DNA of 64,000 nt from an uncultured Verrucomicrobiae bacterium (GTDB lineage Bacteria; Verrucomicrobiota; Verrucomicrobiia; Limisphaerales; Palsa-1400). The stretch spans positions 192,001-256,000 of the forward strand of contig CAVPOM010000005.1 in NCBI GenBank assembly GCA_963707025.1. Direction: 5' to 3'. The stretch's first letter is position 1. Each line of letters starts with the position of its first letter. Position numbers and translations under genes: made by a program. Positions 52,931-64,000 of this stretch are shown here, in pieces. The notes under the pieces are model-generated. The model was not told the origin of the DNA, did not search any database, and worked only from the letters and a program-made list of their open reading frames with translations.

Positions 52931-53424
52931 GATTCGGCGCTTCTCCGAAGTTGAACCATGTTCCCTCATGCCGTGGCGGCTCGGCATGGCTGCTGCGCCT
53001 TATGCTCGGCACACTTCTGGTGGTGATGGTGGCCTTTCTTTTCGTGCCTGAGCCTGCCATCGATGCGATGCCCCACCGCAAGCCGGGCAAACTAACGTTT
53101 TGGGGCAACTTTTGGGAGGCCATCACCGCTCACTCTCACCGACCCGCCTATCCGGCGCAGATCGGCGTTTCATCGGAAAAAGAACGGACATCCGTGTAGC
53201 ACGCCTCCACCGCGGGAGAGCTTTCTGCTCTCAGCGAGTGTGTTTAGCGAGGACGCAGCAGATAACGCCTGCTGCTAACACTTCCAACAAGAACCAAGGG
53301 TTTCCAAAGTTGTCAGGATAAGGCTGCCTTTCCAAAAAGATGGATACCAGTCACGCAGGCTTCGCTGGCTGCCGGCCATACATATAGCGCTGGAACAGCG
53401 CGCGCAGCTCGGATCGCTTTGCAT

Positions 53425-54411
<987 letters not shown>

Positions 54412-54504
54412 GTGATTTCCTTTCCATTGTTCAAAATCAGCGGAATTTCGTGCTTTACCCTCTAGCATGGCGAAGCTGCCGGTCAAGGCGCTTGTTTTGA
54501 TGCG

Positions 54505-56820
54505 TTACAGAGGACTGTCCGACAAATGGTGGCAATCCAGTTTAAATACGCAGGGCGGCTGGCCGGGACGATTTGCGGGCGCCTGCAAGCGGGCCGGGAG
54601 GCTGATGACGGTTCCTTCGGCAGCCTGGCGCCAAGGCAAAGCTTCAGTATTCCCGAGCATCCTGACCGTCGCCGCGGGAGGGAGTTTGACGCTGTGGAGC
54701 ACCAGTTCGTCGCCAGGCCATTGGAAGGCGATGGCATAGATGATCGAACCGAGATCGCTCTGGGTGAAGCGAAGGTTGTTGCCATCTTTCCAGCGGTCGC
54801 CAGGCAGCGGATGGGTGTTGAAGATGGCTTCGCCATTGGTCTTAAGCCAGGCGCCAACGTATTGGAGCGCAGCGATGGCTTTGGGATGGAAAAGGCCGGT
54901 GGCGTCAGGCCCAATGCCGACCATGAAATTGCCCCCCTTGGCCACGGTATCAACCAGGTTGGTAGCGATCCAGGCCCCGTCTTTGTATTTGCCGGCATCG
55001 GGTTCATAGGTCCAGATGCCGTCTCCGTTCACCAGAGGATAGATGACCATCCACGGCATGTCGGTGTTCGCCCCGGCGCCGGGAACGAACTGTTCGGGCG
55101 TGTAGTAGTCGCCGTAGTTGCCGATGCCGCGGCAGCGGAACATCACGTCGGGCTGGAGCCGGCGGACGATTTTCATGGTTTGTCGCAAATCCAGCCAGGC
55201 GGTTTGATCGAAGTATTGGTCGAGGCAGAGGAGGTCAATTTTGCCATATTGCGTGAGCAACTCTGTGAGCTGCTGGCGATGGCGCTGGACAAAATGATCC
55301 CATTGCTCAGGGTGCTCCGTTTTATTGACGCGATCATGCAATGGGTGGTCGGCAAAGGGACGGAAATCGGCGTCGTACCAATCGGGATGGGAAAAATAAA
55401 GATCAATCTTGATGCCATGACTGCGGGCGGAGTCGGTTACTTCCTTGACGATGTCGCGGTGAAACGGGGTGTCCATGATGCTGTAGGCCAAATCGCAGTC
55501 CTCGATTTTCGGCCCGCCGGGGGCGATCCAGTTGACGCGGCGGACCACGCGAGTGTGTGTGTCAAACATGGAGAATCCATCATGGTGCTTGGTGGTGAAG
55601 GCGACGACCTTGACGCCGTTGGTCTGGAAAAGATCCATCCAGGCGTCGGCATTGAAATTGGTGGGATGGAAGGTCCGATAGTATTCCTGATATGCCTGGC
55701 GTTGCTCGTTGGACATCTTCAGCAAGGGCCAGGAGGCGTTGACGCCAACGCCAAGCTCTGCATAGACCCCCCAATGGATCCGAACCCCGAATTTCATTTC
55801 CCGGAAGGCGGCGCGGGCAGCGTCGGAGGCCTGACGGTAATCAGGATTGGGAGTGTCTTCGATGTAAGAACTAACCCTTTTGTAGTGTGTGTCATTGGCG
55901 GGCAATTTGACGCAGTTGTGAAAAATGCGGGGCGCGTTGGTGTCAGCGGCGAAACGGAAGGGCGAACCGCCGGTGATCTGGTCGCTGCTCATGGTGGGAC
56001 ACCAGTATTTTTCGATGTGCCAGGCCATTAAGTCCGTTCCGGTGAAGTGATCCACATACGGTTTTTGTCGCGGATTGTACATGGTGTCGGTCAGGTCGCG
56101 CATGAGGACGACATTCTGGCCCTGGTAAACCATTTGGCGGATGCCAAAAGGGCGAACGACAACGCACATGTTCTCATGAACACCCATGACCATGACGTTG
56201 GTTATGCCGCGCTGACGCATGAGATAGAAGGCTTCAGCGCTGTCGGTGATGGCATCGCCCTCTTGGATCTTGAGGATGTCAATCTCGTGCTGCCACGGCC
56301 ACGGCGGCGCGGTTGCGGGCATGGTCTGCGGGTCGTCGCTGCAGCCGCCATCGGAATCATCAATCGGCAAGGGTGCTTCCCTGGAGGGATCCAAAGGGCA
56401 ACTGCCTCGAACGGGGGGCATCGTTTCAAGGTGCGGAGCCGCCTGTGCCAATTTGCGCCCAGGCGTCCCTTCGTAGTATTTCATGGTGTCACTGGGACAG
56501 TGGATGATCAGGACACCGCGGCGGCGCAGTTCTGTGATCACCTCGTTCATGCGGGGTGCCATTTCCGCGACCCGGGCCGTCGCGTCCTTGCACCAGTGCT
56601 GATTCCACATGTCGCAAATGACTGCGGCGGTGCGGGAAGGTTCCCACCTGACATGGTTGGTCACCTGTTCCCATTGATCCACGCCTGTGTCCATTTTGCG
56701 CAGTTGGCGCAAATCCAATTCAAGCGCAGCGGGCGGCGGCGATTCAGCAACAACGGGAAACAGAACGATGGCTGTTATACACAAGGCGATGAGCAGGCAA
56801 TCGCTGCGAGAGATTTTCAT
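54505..56820 (-). CDS. Secreted isochorismatase-like cysteine hydrolase / GH29 alpha-L-fucosidase fusion
   Basis: Signal peptide; ICDMWNQHWC and GVHENMC; then KFGVRIHWGVY, TTKHHDGF, GGNFMVGIGP, WLKTNGEAIF. Confidence 0.88.
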   Translation of the reverse strand: MKISRSDCLLIALCITAIVLFPVVAESPPPAALELDLRQLRKMDTGVDQWEQVTNHVRWEPSRTAAVICDMWNQHWCKDATARVAEMAPRMNEVITELRRRGVLIIHCPSDTMKYYEGTPGRKLAQAAPHLETMPPVRGSCPLDPSREAPLPIDDSDGGCSDDPQTMPATAPPWPWQHEIDILKIQEGDAITDSAEAFYLMRQRGITNVMVMGVHENMCVVVRPFGIRQMVYQGQNVVLMRDLTDTMYNPRQKPYVDHFTGTDLMAWHIEKYWCPTMSSDQITGGSPFRFAADTNAPRIFHNCVKLPANDTHYKRVSSYIEDTPNPDYRQASDAARAAFREMKFGVRIHWGVYAELGVGVNASWPLLKMSNEQRQAYQEYYRTFHPTNFNADAWMDLFQTNGVKVVAFTTKHHDGFSMFDTHTRVVRRVNWIAPGGPKIEDCDLAYSIMDTPFHRDIVKEVTDSARSHGIKIDLYFSHPDWYDADFRPFADHPLHDRVNKTEHPEQWDHFVQRHRQQLTELLTQYGKIDLLCLDQYFDQTAWLDLRQTMKIVRRLQPDVMFRCRGIGNYGDYYTPEQFVPGAGANTDMPWMVIYPLVNGDGIWTYEPDAGKYKDGAWIATNLVDTVAKGGNFMVGIGPDATGLFHPKAIAALQYVGAWLKTNGEAIFNTHPLPGDRWKDGNNLRFTQSDLGSIIYAIAFQWPGDELVLHSVKLPPAATVRMLGNTEALPWRQAAEGTVISLPARLQAPANRPGQPPCVFKLDCHHLSDSPL

Positions 56821-57126
56821 GTGGATAAAGGTTCGCTGTTGCTGTTAATGGTATGAGGCTGAGCAAGGGGTGTCCAGGAAATTCCGGGTATAACGGCACC
56901 ACGCGTGAGGATTTATCCGCCGACTTTCCCCCGTTCATCACCGATTTAACTGTAGCTGCACATCGCATCCTGGAGAGGTGTTTTGGCTTTCATTAGAACC
57001 GGAAGCGTCGGGTTTGGCAGCATCCATGCGGAGACGCAAAACCGCATCTTCCAGAGCGCGCTTCATATCGAAGCCGAACTCCCGCGGTCGCGGCCAGCCC
57101 TGGACACTACCTAGTAGCGCAATTGC

Positions 57127-60100
57127 TTGATAGAAACATCGGAATTGTTATATTATGAAGGCGTGACAAAGATCCTTGGTCATCCAATTCGGCAAACTGC
57201 CGCCGTTTTATTGGGAGCCTTGATCCTGGCCGCGCCGCTGCGCGGCGCCGAACTGGTCCGCCTGGCCATCGTGCCGGAGGAAACCGCGTTGAACACGGCC
57301 GCGGATCTTTTAACCGCCCGGCTTTCCACGAATAACGCCATCGCCCTGCTGGAACGGACGGAGATCGAGAAGATTTATCAGGAACAGGCGTTATCCGCCG
57401 CCAACCGCGACTATCTTAAAATGGGCCGGCTTTTGCACGCCGACGGGCTGCTCATCCTCCGTTTGGACAAGGAAGCCGAGACGCCTCTGATGACCGTTCG
57501 GTTAGTCGCCGTCCAGCCGGGGGTGACGCTCTGCCAAAGCGAGTATCCATTCACGTTGGCCGACCCGGTTTCATGGGGCGATCTGGCCGCCGCCCAATTG
57601 AATCCCTGGCTGCCCAAGCTGACGGTTCTGCCCGGGGATGCCGTGCCCATCTCCATTTTGAATCTTCGTTCCGCCGTCGCTTCCGCCGACTCCGAAGCCT
57701 TGGAACGGGAACTGACCCTGTTGCTTTACAATCGTTTGATCCGGGAGAAGGATGTCTTCGTGTTGGAACGCCGCCGTCTGGAGTTTTTGACAGACGAGAA
57801 GGACACCGCCGATGCAACGGAAAACACTTTCTGGCATGGAAGTTATTTGCTCGAAGGCGTGCTGGACCCTAAAGGTTTCAACCAGGACACCGTGGCCGCC
57901 AGCATCCGCTTGTCGCCCCCGGACAAAACGGCGGTGGTGACGCTGGATGTTTCCGGCCCCCGCACCAATCTTCCGGCGGTGATCAATGATCTCGCCCTGC
58001 GCATTCTCGGCACCGTCAAAAAGAACAGCACCCCGGCGGCGTGGAACCCGCAAGCCGAAGCCGGTCAGTATTTGGCCGAGGCCCAATGGATGTTTAAATG
58101 GAAGATGTTCCCCGAGGCTGCCGCCGCCTCTGAATCGGCCTGGGCCTTGGGGCGGCAGACCGCGGAATTGGCGCAGCTCCGCGTCAATGCCTGGCAAGAA
58201 TTCGCGGGTGACCCGGGCGTGTGCATTATCCAGAATCCATTCGGCCAAGTCGTCTTCGGCCAGCGAACTCAGACGCGGGTGTTTAATACAGCGCAAATCG
58301 GCACCTTTGTCAGTGCGCCCGGGCCGGAGCGCTTTGCCGCCATCGTGCGGGCTTCGGAGCTTTACGCCAGCGCTTTCCGCGTTTATGCCCGGCCGGACCC
58401 AAAACTGGATGGAGTGTGGCTCGGCATCGGCACCAATCTCCTGAATCGGGCTTCCTGGTGGCTTCGTTTTTATTACTTCAACGCGGAAGCCCGTTCGGGA
58501 CGGGAAGATAAAATAGCCAAAGGCAGACAACTGTGCCGGGAAATCACCGCCGCCATTTCCAGCCATCCCGGCTTCGCCACGGCGGACACCGGGCACGACC
58601 TGCTGACCATCAAAGCCAGGCATGCCGCATTGTGGGTGGACAGCCCGGAGCAGGCGCTCTCGATCTACCGCGAAATTCTGGAAAGCGGCGACTGGCCGAT
58701 GGTTCGCGTGCGCTTCCTGGATGGCGGGCCTTTTGAAATAACCCCCCAGACGATAAACGTGTCCACGCCGACAATAGACGCCTGGGGATTCATGTCCCAC
58801 TTGAATGCTGTGCCCGCCAATGCGGCTCATCCCTGTCTGGCCGGCTGGAACTGGGAGGTTCGCCGCCGTTGTCCGGCGCTGTGGCAGGGTTTTATTGAGG
58901 AAATGTGCCGTTCGTCCAAACCCTTCGCCAGTCTGGAAGGAGAGATCCTGCGCTGTTCCTATTCCTGGTCCCAGGCGGATTTTCGAGAGCACTTGGCGCA
59001 GCTCCTTCAGCAAGTCCAGGGGCAAAGAGACGCCTTGGCCGCCGCCAAACTTGACGGGAAATTAGTGGCAGACCTTGAGGCGCTGCTAAATCAGCACGTC
59101 ACCGACGTGGCGGGCGGACGGCATGACCCGTTCAGCGACCAAATCTGGACAGACTTTAAACGCAATTTCCAAGAAGGCCTCCTAGCCACGCGACAAGCTG
59201 CCCAGCAGGCTGCCCAACAAGCCGCCCGGCAGGCTAAATTGGAGGCAAGGAAAAAGTACCTTCAGACCCAGACTAATTTTGACTTCATTTCCTTTGCCCC
59301 GCTTATGCTCAACGGCTTTGATGGCAATTATACGCCGGATGAGGCCAGGGAATTGTTGCCCTTGCTGACCAATTACCAGGCGCGGATGAAAGCCGCCGCA
59401 CCCGGCCCGCAAGGGGCCGTCGCCGCGTCAGTGACCGCGAGCCTGGAGCAAAAGTTAAAAGCCGCCATATCCCCGCCGCCGCTCCAAACCAACCGTCCGG
59501 CTGCCTCCCTGCCCCAGAGCCAAGCCATGCCTCCTGGCTTGGCCAGGCGCGGTCCTCCGGGTGGATTTCCTCGCGGGCCGAATTTCGCCAATGTCCCGGG
59601 CCAATTGCGTCCTGGCAACTTCAATCGTGGTCCCCCAGGCTTTGATCCTTCCCAAGCAACGGCTCCGGCCGACGATTTGGCCACCTCCAATGCGCTTGAG
59701 GTCAGCCATTTTTGGAAGATCCCGGCCTCGACCAACGCCGGCCCCAATTCCATGAGAGCGTTCACCCCTGAAATCAAGTCAGCCTGCTTCCGCGATGGCA
59801 AACTCTGGGTGGAAGCTCAAAACACCCCTTTTGGTGATCAGGTGTCATTCTTCGGCCTTGACTTGGCAACATTCACGGCGGATTGCGTCCAATTTCGAGG
59901 CGACTTCGAGTCTGGAATCACTGTCACACATCAGACATCCAGACCTCCCTTTGAAGTGGATGGCGACCATCTTTATCTGGCCCTCGGTGATTCGGTTACG
60001 GCTTGGTCATTTAAAGAAAGAACCTGGAGTCAGCTCCCCTTGCCATCCGAGGGCCATGTCATCCTGTGGCGTCTGGCGGACCGGCTTTTCTTCACCACCG

Positions 60101-60891
60101 CAAACAGTATTTTGGAGCGCAACCCGGACGGCTCCTTTCGCGTGCTGGCCAGCAGTCGGCGCCGGCCATCCCTGACCCCGCTGGATGACGCCGAGAGTTA
60201 TGCGCAACTCCACCTTTTCCTGACGGCCAATGGCACCCTGCACGCGACTCTCAATGATGATGTCTATGCGCTCCCAACCGGTTCCAACCAATGGCAACAT
60301 ATTGGCAAAGTGCCCAACCTCAATTGGTCCAGTTATCATCCCTTCGACGACGGTTTCATCGCTCTGAACACTTCCCCGCCACGCCAATCGTGGGGCATGT
60401 TGAGTCATTCAACCGCGCCCGAATTGCTGTTCGGGAATCCGCCGCTGCAGGCTGACTCTCTGAGCGGGCAACCCGCCTCCGCCGGGCAAACCGCTCTCAC
60501 ACCCCGCTGGCTGGCCGTGCCCGCCGGCGATGAATTGTGTCTGGAGGGCGAATCGGTTTGGAGCCTGGCCAATCCTCCCGCCGGTCGTTCTTCCGCCCCA
60601 GCGAAGATTTCTTTGACTCACTTCAAAGCCGCCGACCCGCGCCCCATCACCATTCCCGTGCGATTTGCGTCCGATGATGCAGCTCTCGAATCCGCCCGGC
60701 TCGCCGCCCGGCGACTCAGCGTGTTTCTGCCGACGCTTCGGCTAATCATCTCCACCCCTCAAGGCTTGGTGGCGATGCATGAGCGCGAACCTGGGTTCTG
60801 GTTTATACCCAAAGCGGATTTGCAGCAGGCCCTTGCCCAGGCCACTGCCGAACGCGACGCCAAAGCGAAAGTCTTGCCAGCCAAACCCTAG
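57127..60891 (+). CDS. Large secreted hypothetical protein with two CsgG/TolB-N-like N-terminal domains
   Basis: Signal peptide; LLERTEIEKIYQEQ and VLERRRL motifs; Pro/Gly-rich linker; true start may be GTG 57163. Confidence 0.75.
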   Translation: MIETSELLYYEGVTKILGHPIRQTAAVLLGALILAAPLRGAELVRLAIVPEETALNTAADLLTARLSTNNAIALLERTEIEKIYQEQALSAANRDYLKMGRLLHADGLLILRLDKEAETPLMTVRLVAVQPGVTLCQSEYPFTLADPVSWGDLAAAQLNPWLPKLTVLPGDAVPISILNLRSAVASADSEALERELTLLLYNRLIREKDVFVLERRRLEFLTDEKDTADATENTFWHGSYLLEGVLDPKGFNQDTVAASIRLSPPDKTAVVTLDVSGPRTNLPAVINDLALRILGTVKKNSTPAAWNPQAEAGQYLAEAQWMFKWKMFPEAAAASESAWALGRQTAELAQLRVNAWQEFAGDPGVCIIQNPFGQVVFGQRTQTRVFNTAQIGTFVSAPGPERFAAIVRASELYASAFRVYARPDPKLDGVWLGIGTNLLNRASWWLRFYYFNAEARSGREDKIAKGRQLCREITAAISSHPGFATADTGHDLLTIKARHAALWVDSPEQALSIYREILESGDWPMVRVRFLDGGPFEITPQTINVSTPTIDAWGFMSHLNAVPANAAHPCLAGWNWEVRRRCPALWQGFIEEMCRSSKPFASLEGEILRCSYSWSQADFREHLAQLLQQVQGQRDALAAAKLDGKLVADLEALLNQHVTDVAGGRHDPFSDQIWTDFKRNFQEGLLATRQAAQQAAQQAARQAKLEARKKYLQTQTNFDFISFAPLMLNGFDGNYTPDEARELLPLLTNYQARMKAAAPGPQGAVAASVTASLEQKLKAAISPPPLQTNRPAASLPQSQAMPPGLARRGPPGGFPRGPNFANVPGQLRPGNFNRGPPGFDPSQATAPADDLATSNALEVSHFWKIPASTNAGPNSMRAFTPEIKSACFRDGKLWVEAQNTPFGDQVSFFGLDLATFTADCVQFRGDFESGITVTHQTSRPPFEVDGDHLYLALGDSVTAWSFKERTWSQLPLPSEGHVILWRLADRLFFTTANSILERNPDGSFRVLASSRRRPSLTPLDDAESYAQLHLFLTANGTLHATLNDDVYALPTGSNQWQHIGKVPNLNWSSYHPFDDGFIALNTSPPRQSWGMLSHSTAPELLFGNPPLQADSLSGQPASAGQTALTPRWLAVPAGDELCLEGESVWSLANPPAGRSSAPAKISLTHFKAADPRPITIPVRFASDDAALESARLAARRLSVFLPTLRLIISTPQGLVAMHEREPGFWFIPKADLQQALAQATAERDAKAKVLPAKP

Positions 60892-60893
60892 CC

Positions 60894-62111
60894 ATGCGAC
60901 TCCCACTTCACTTTCAAGCTGCGCTCCCTCTGGGTGTTCTTTGCCTTCTAAATCTCAGTTGGGTTGGCGCGCCCGCTCAGCCTTCCGCCTTCCAAACCAA
61001 CCGATGGGCGGCCATGTCCGACGAACAACTCCTCCGGAGCGCCCAAGCAGGCGATGCACAGGCCCAGTACCACTACTGGGTCCGTGAAATGAACGATGCC
61101 TCCGCATCCAGGAACCAAGTTTACAAGGAGCAAGGGGTGCCGCGTGGAAATCTGACCCAGGCAGACCTCGCCTCCCTCCAGACCAAATGGGACGACGTTC
61201 CCGAATCCGAGGTGCGACAGGCAGCCAAAACTGGGAACTATGGCGCCCAGAATTTCCTCTGCAATCTGGCGGCCAGACAGGCCGCCCAACGCGGGTTGGC
61301 TGCCTTCGAATGGGCCAAGCGTTCCGCCGACCAAGGATTCCCCGACGCCGAGTATGATGTCGCCTGCGCTTACCTTCTTCGATTGAATTGGAACCTCGTC
61401 CCCATCAACCAGCCGGAGGGTCTCAAATTCCTCCAGCGCGCCGCCGATCACGGTTTGTCCACGGCTGAGTATATGCTGGCGACATTTTATCTCGCCGGCC
61501 AGTTCCTTCCCACCGACTACCCCAAAGCGATTTACTACCTGCAAAAAGCCGCTGACCAGAACGGTCCCCGTTCTCAGTACCAACTGGCCCTGCTCTATGC
61601 CAACGGCAATGGCGAACCGCGCGGCGAAGCCGACTCGCCCCTCGAACTTTTGCGCAAATCTGCCAAGAGCGGCTACAGGCCCGCTTGCTATGCGTTGGCC
61701 GAGCGTTATCGCATCGGCCTGGGAGTTCCAGTGGATTACGTCCAATCCATCCGCTTCTATCAGGCGGCGTGGAACCCCGCCGATCCTTACGGCGGGGATG
61801 CGCAGCCCAACGCCGGTGAAGTTTTCAAGCTCGTGGATCAAAACTTGGAACCCAAGTTCCCCCTCCCCTTCGACTTCCGAAACTTTGCCCGCGCCCTCAG
61901 CCTCTACCTAAAGGCCACCCAAAAGCACGATCCCGCCGCCTTGGAACAAATTGGAGATTGGTACCTTAATGGGCGTTTCGAGCCAAAGGACCTTGTGGAA
62001 GCCTGGCGTTGGCTCACCCTTGCCGAAGACAACGGCGCTACAGGCGCCGCCACCAAGAAAGCCTCCTTCAAAGACAAACTCACACACGAACAGTTGCAAC
62101 AATTAAGATAA
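60894..62111 (+). CDS. Secreted Sel1-repeat protein
   Basis: Repeated AADQG..AEY.LA..Y..G motifs; signal peptide. Confidence 0.9.
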   Translation: MRLPLHFQAALPLGVLCLLNLSWVGAPAQPSAFQTNRWAAMSDEQLLRSAQAGDAQAQYHYWVREMNDASASRNQVYKEQGVPRGNLTQADLASLQTKWDDVPESEVRQAAKTGNYGAQNFLCNLAARQAAQRGLAAFEWAKRSADQGFPDAEYDVACAYLLRLNWNLVPINQPEGLKFLQRAADHGLSTAEYMLATFYLAGQFLPTDYPKAIYYLQKAADQNGPRSQYQLALLYANGNGEPRGEADSPLELLRKSAKSGYRPACYALAERYRIGLGVPVDYVQSIRFYQAAWNPADPYGGDAQPNAGEVFKLVDQNLEPKFPLPFDFRNFARALSLYLKATQKHDPAALEQIGDWYLNGRFEPKDLVEAWRWLTLAEDNGATGAATKKASFKDKLTHEQLQQLR

Positions 62112-62194
62112 TCAAAGGATTGGTCGCCGGCGATTGTCTAATGATATAAAGTGACGCCGCATGGTCTAATTTGATGAAGAGCGCGGTTGGATTC
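62108..62194 (+). repeat. 87-bp copy of the upstream region and first codons of the ECF sigma gene
   Basis: 78/87 identical to 63425-63511. Confidence 0.9.
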
Positions 62195-62252
62195 CCAACC
62201 CCTAACCGCTGCCATGAACCGCAGATTCAAACCACACACATCCCGGAATCCC

Positions 62253-63284
62253 ATGAACCTTCGACTCTTGCCACACATGACTTTGTTTGATGCAAGAAGC
62301 AATTTTCGGGGCATCTCCCCACGGCGGGCGCATGGGCGCGTTTGGGTCGTCTTTTGCGGACTGTTGGTCCTGATCATGCCGGCCATTTATGCAGCGGAGG
62401 CGCAGTCCAATTCACCGCCGGCCACCCAGGCCGCGGCTTCGCGCCTGTTTACCGCCACCGAAAGAGGCGACCTTGCGGCTGTCAAAGCAAGGCTCGCCAC
62501 CGGCGACCCGGTGGACGCGCGCAACGACCGGGGCTGGACTCCTTTGATGACCGCCGCCAAGGCCGGCAACCCGGAGATGGTCAAGTTCCTGATCGAGAAG
62601 GGCGCGGATGTAAATGCGAAGTCAACCTCCGTGACGGGCAGCACCGTCCTTTCTTTCGCAGCCGAAGGCAGCAACCTGGTCGTGCTCGGGGAATTGCTGG
62701 CGCACGGAGCGAAGATAAATGCTCCCAGCAGCAGCGGCTCGACACCGCTTTATTTTGCGGTGGCAAACCACCTGACGGCAGTGGCGGAAGCCTTGCTTTC
62801 CGCGGGTGCGGACATAGAGGCGGGTGGCCACACCGATGCGACCGGCGCGCATTACACTCCTCTCATCGCGGCAGCTTGCTCGGGCGACATGGCCATGGTC
62901 GAATTGCTCCTCGCCAAAGGAGCCAGGATCGAGAGGGCCAGCAACAATGGAGACACCGCGTTGATGGCTGCGGCAAAATATGAGCACCCGGACATTGTGA
63001 AGCTGCTTATCGCCAAAGGCGCCAACGTTAAGGCCGCCGGCCCGAAAGGGCACACCGCCTTGATCTACGCCGCGTACAACGGACGGCTGGAAAACATGAA
63101 ACTGCTGCTTGCCGCCGGAGCCGATCCAATGGCCACCGCCACGGATTCGGATGTTCCCGGAGGGCCCAGGTATGACGCAGCCACCCTGGCCCGCCAGCAA
63201 AATCATCCAGAAGCACTGACCCTGATTTTGGATGCTCAAGCCAAAGCGGTTGGCGCCAATGCTTGGCGAAAATCTGGCGATTGA
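62253..63284 (+). CDS. Ankyrin-repeat protein, probably exported (start uncertain)
   Basis: Several G.TPL..AA..G...MV..LL..GADVNA repeats. Confidence 0.92.
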   Translation: MNLRLLPHMTLFDARSNFRGISPRRAHGRVWVVFCGLLVLIMPAIYAAEAQSNSPPATQAAASRLFTATERGDLAAVKARLATGDPVDARNDRGWTPLMTAAKAGNPEMVKFLIEKGADVNAKSTSVTGSTVLSFAAEGSNLVVLGELLAHGAKINAPSSSGSTPLYFAVANHLTAVAEALLSAGADIEAGGHTDATGAHYTPLIAAACSGDMAMVELLLAKGARIERASNNGDTALMAAAKYEHPDIVKLLIAKGANVKAAGPKGHTALIYAAYNGRLENMKLLLAAGADPMATATDSDVPGGPRYDAATLARQQNHPEALTLILDAQAKAVGANAWRKSGD

Positions 63285-63424
63285 TGAATCTCCCATTTTG
63301 GATCTGCGCCTTCAGGATGCGCTCAATGGCGGATTGCTAATTGACGCGTTTGGAGCCGGCCGGTCTGGTCGCCGGGAGGAACCACAAGGCAGGCTCTCTC
63401 CTCTGAACCATCGCAGCAGTTGAA

Positions 63425-63511
63425 ATAATCAAAGGATTGGTCGCCGCCGATTGTCCAACCATGTAAAGTGATGCCGCATGGTCGAACTTGACGAAGAGCG
63501 CGGTTGGATTC
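63425..63511 (+). repeat. Source copy of the 87-bp repeat (sigma gene upstream region and first 11 codons)
   Basis: 78/87 identical to 62108-62194. Confidence 0.9.
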
Positions 63512-64000
63512 GCAACAGCCAGCAAGGCGATCAGGAGGCATTTGCAGCGCTGGTGCGCCGCCATCAACAGATGATTCATGCACTGACATACCGGATGACA
63601 GGGTTGCCGTCCGAGGCCGAGGATCTTGCCCAGGAAACTTTTATCCAGGCTTACCTCCAGCTTCGCCAATACCGGGGAGAGGCCCGGTTCTCCTCCTGGC
63701 TCTATCGCATCGCCGTCAATCTCTGCCTGAATTGGAGAAGACGCCAGCAACGTCAGGGCCGGCTGCAGACCGCCTGGCTGGAAGACCAGGCCGCCGCCAC
63801 TTCCGCCGCGCCCGGGAGCCTCCTGACGGATCGCGTCCAGGAGGCGCTCATGCAGTTGAAGCCCAAGCAGCGGGCCGCCATCGTGCTCACGATTTACGAA
63901 GGATTGAGCCATGCCGAAGCCGCCCGCGTGCTCGGCTGCCCGGAAGCCACTGTGTCCTGGCGCGTCTTTGCCGCTCGCAGGAAGCTCAAACGCCTGTTGC
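63478..64000 (+). CDS. ECF sigma-70 factor (runs off the window; not in the ORF track)
   Basis: MVELDEERGWIRNSQQGDQEAFAALV...AEDLAQETF...FSSWLYRIAVN...EGLSHAEAARVLGCPEATVSWRVFAAR. Confidence 0.93.
   Translation, partial: MVELDEERGWIRNSQQGDQEAFAALVRRHQQMIHALTYRMTGLPSEAEDLAQETFIQAYLQLRQYRGEARFSSWLYRIAVNLCLNWRRRQQRQGRLQTAWLEDQAAATSAAPGSLLTDRVQEALMQLKPKQRAAIVLTIYEGLSHAEAARVLGCPEATVSWRVFAARRKLKRLL

Overview
A GC-rich bacterial window, most likely Verrucomicrobiota (inferred from gene content and attC style). It mixes core genes (two pilT paralogues, gltBD, hemB, lptD, an mlaEFD/pqiC-type ABC system) with heavily reworked accessory DNA. (1) 3.2-9.5 kb: a RES toxin-antitoxin pair, then lexA with a perfect 24-bp palindrome at its start, then one ~1451-codon gene that fuses an intact Y-family (DinB/Pol IV) polymerase to a PHP-containing C-family (DnaE2-like) polymerase. 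There is no imuA or imuB. (2) 9.5-15.9 kb: an island bracketed by diverged ~200-bp direct repeats. It carries GTTACA repeats with an IHF consensus, a truncated integron integrase, a Pc-like promoter, seven complete gene cassettes with 99-157 bp attC sites, a broken eighth cassette, a nest of MITE/REP elements and an IS630. (3) 30.9-32.2 kb: a second, integrase-less two-cassette array with the same attC family. (4) From 42.2 kb: a probable island region with two tRNA 3' fragments, two GH106 glycosidases, gene debris, an isochorismatase-GH29 fusion, secreted Sel1 and ankyrin proteins, and an ECF sigma gene whose 5' region is duplicated in front of the ankyrin gene. At least seven single-base frameshifts occur in otherwise intact genes; these are probably sequencing or assembly indels.
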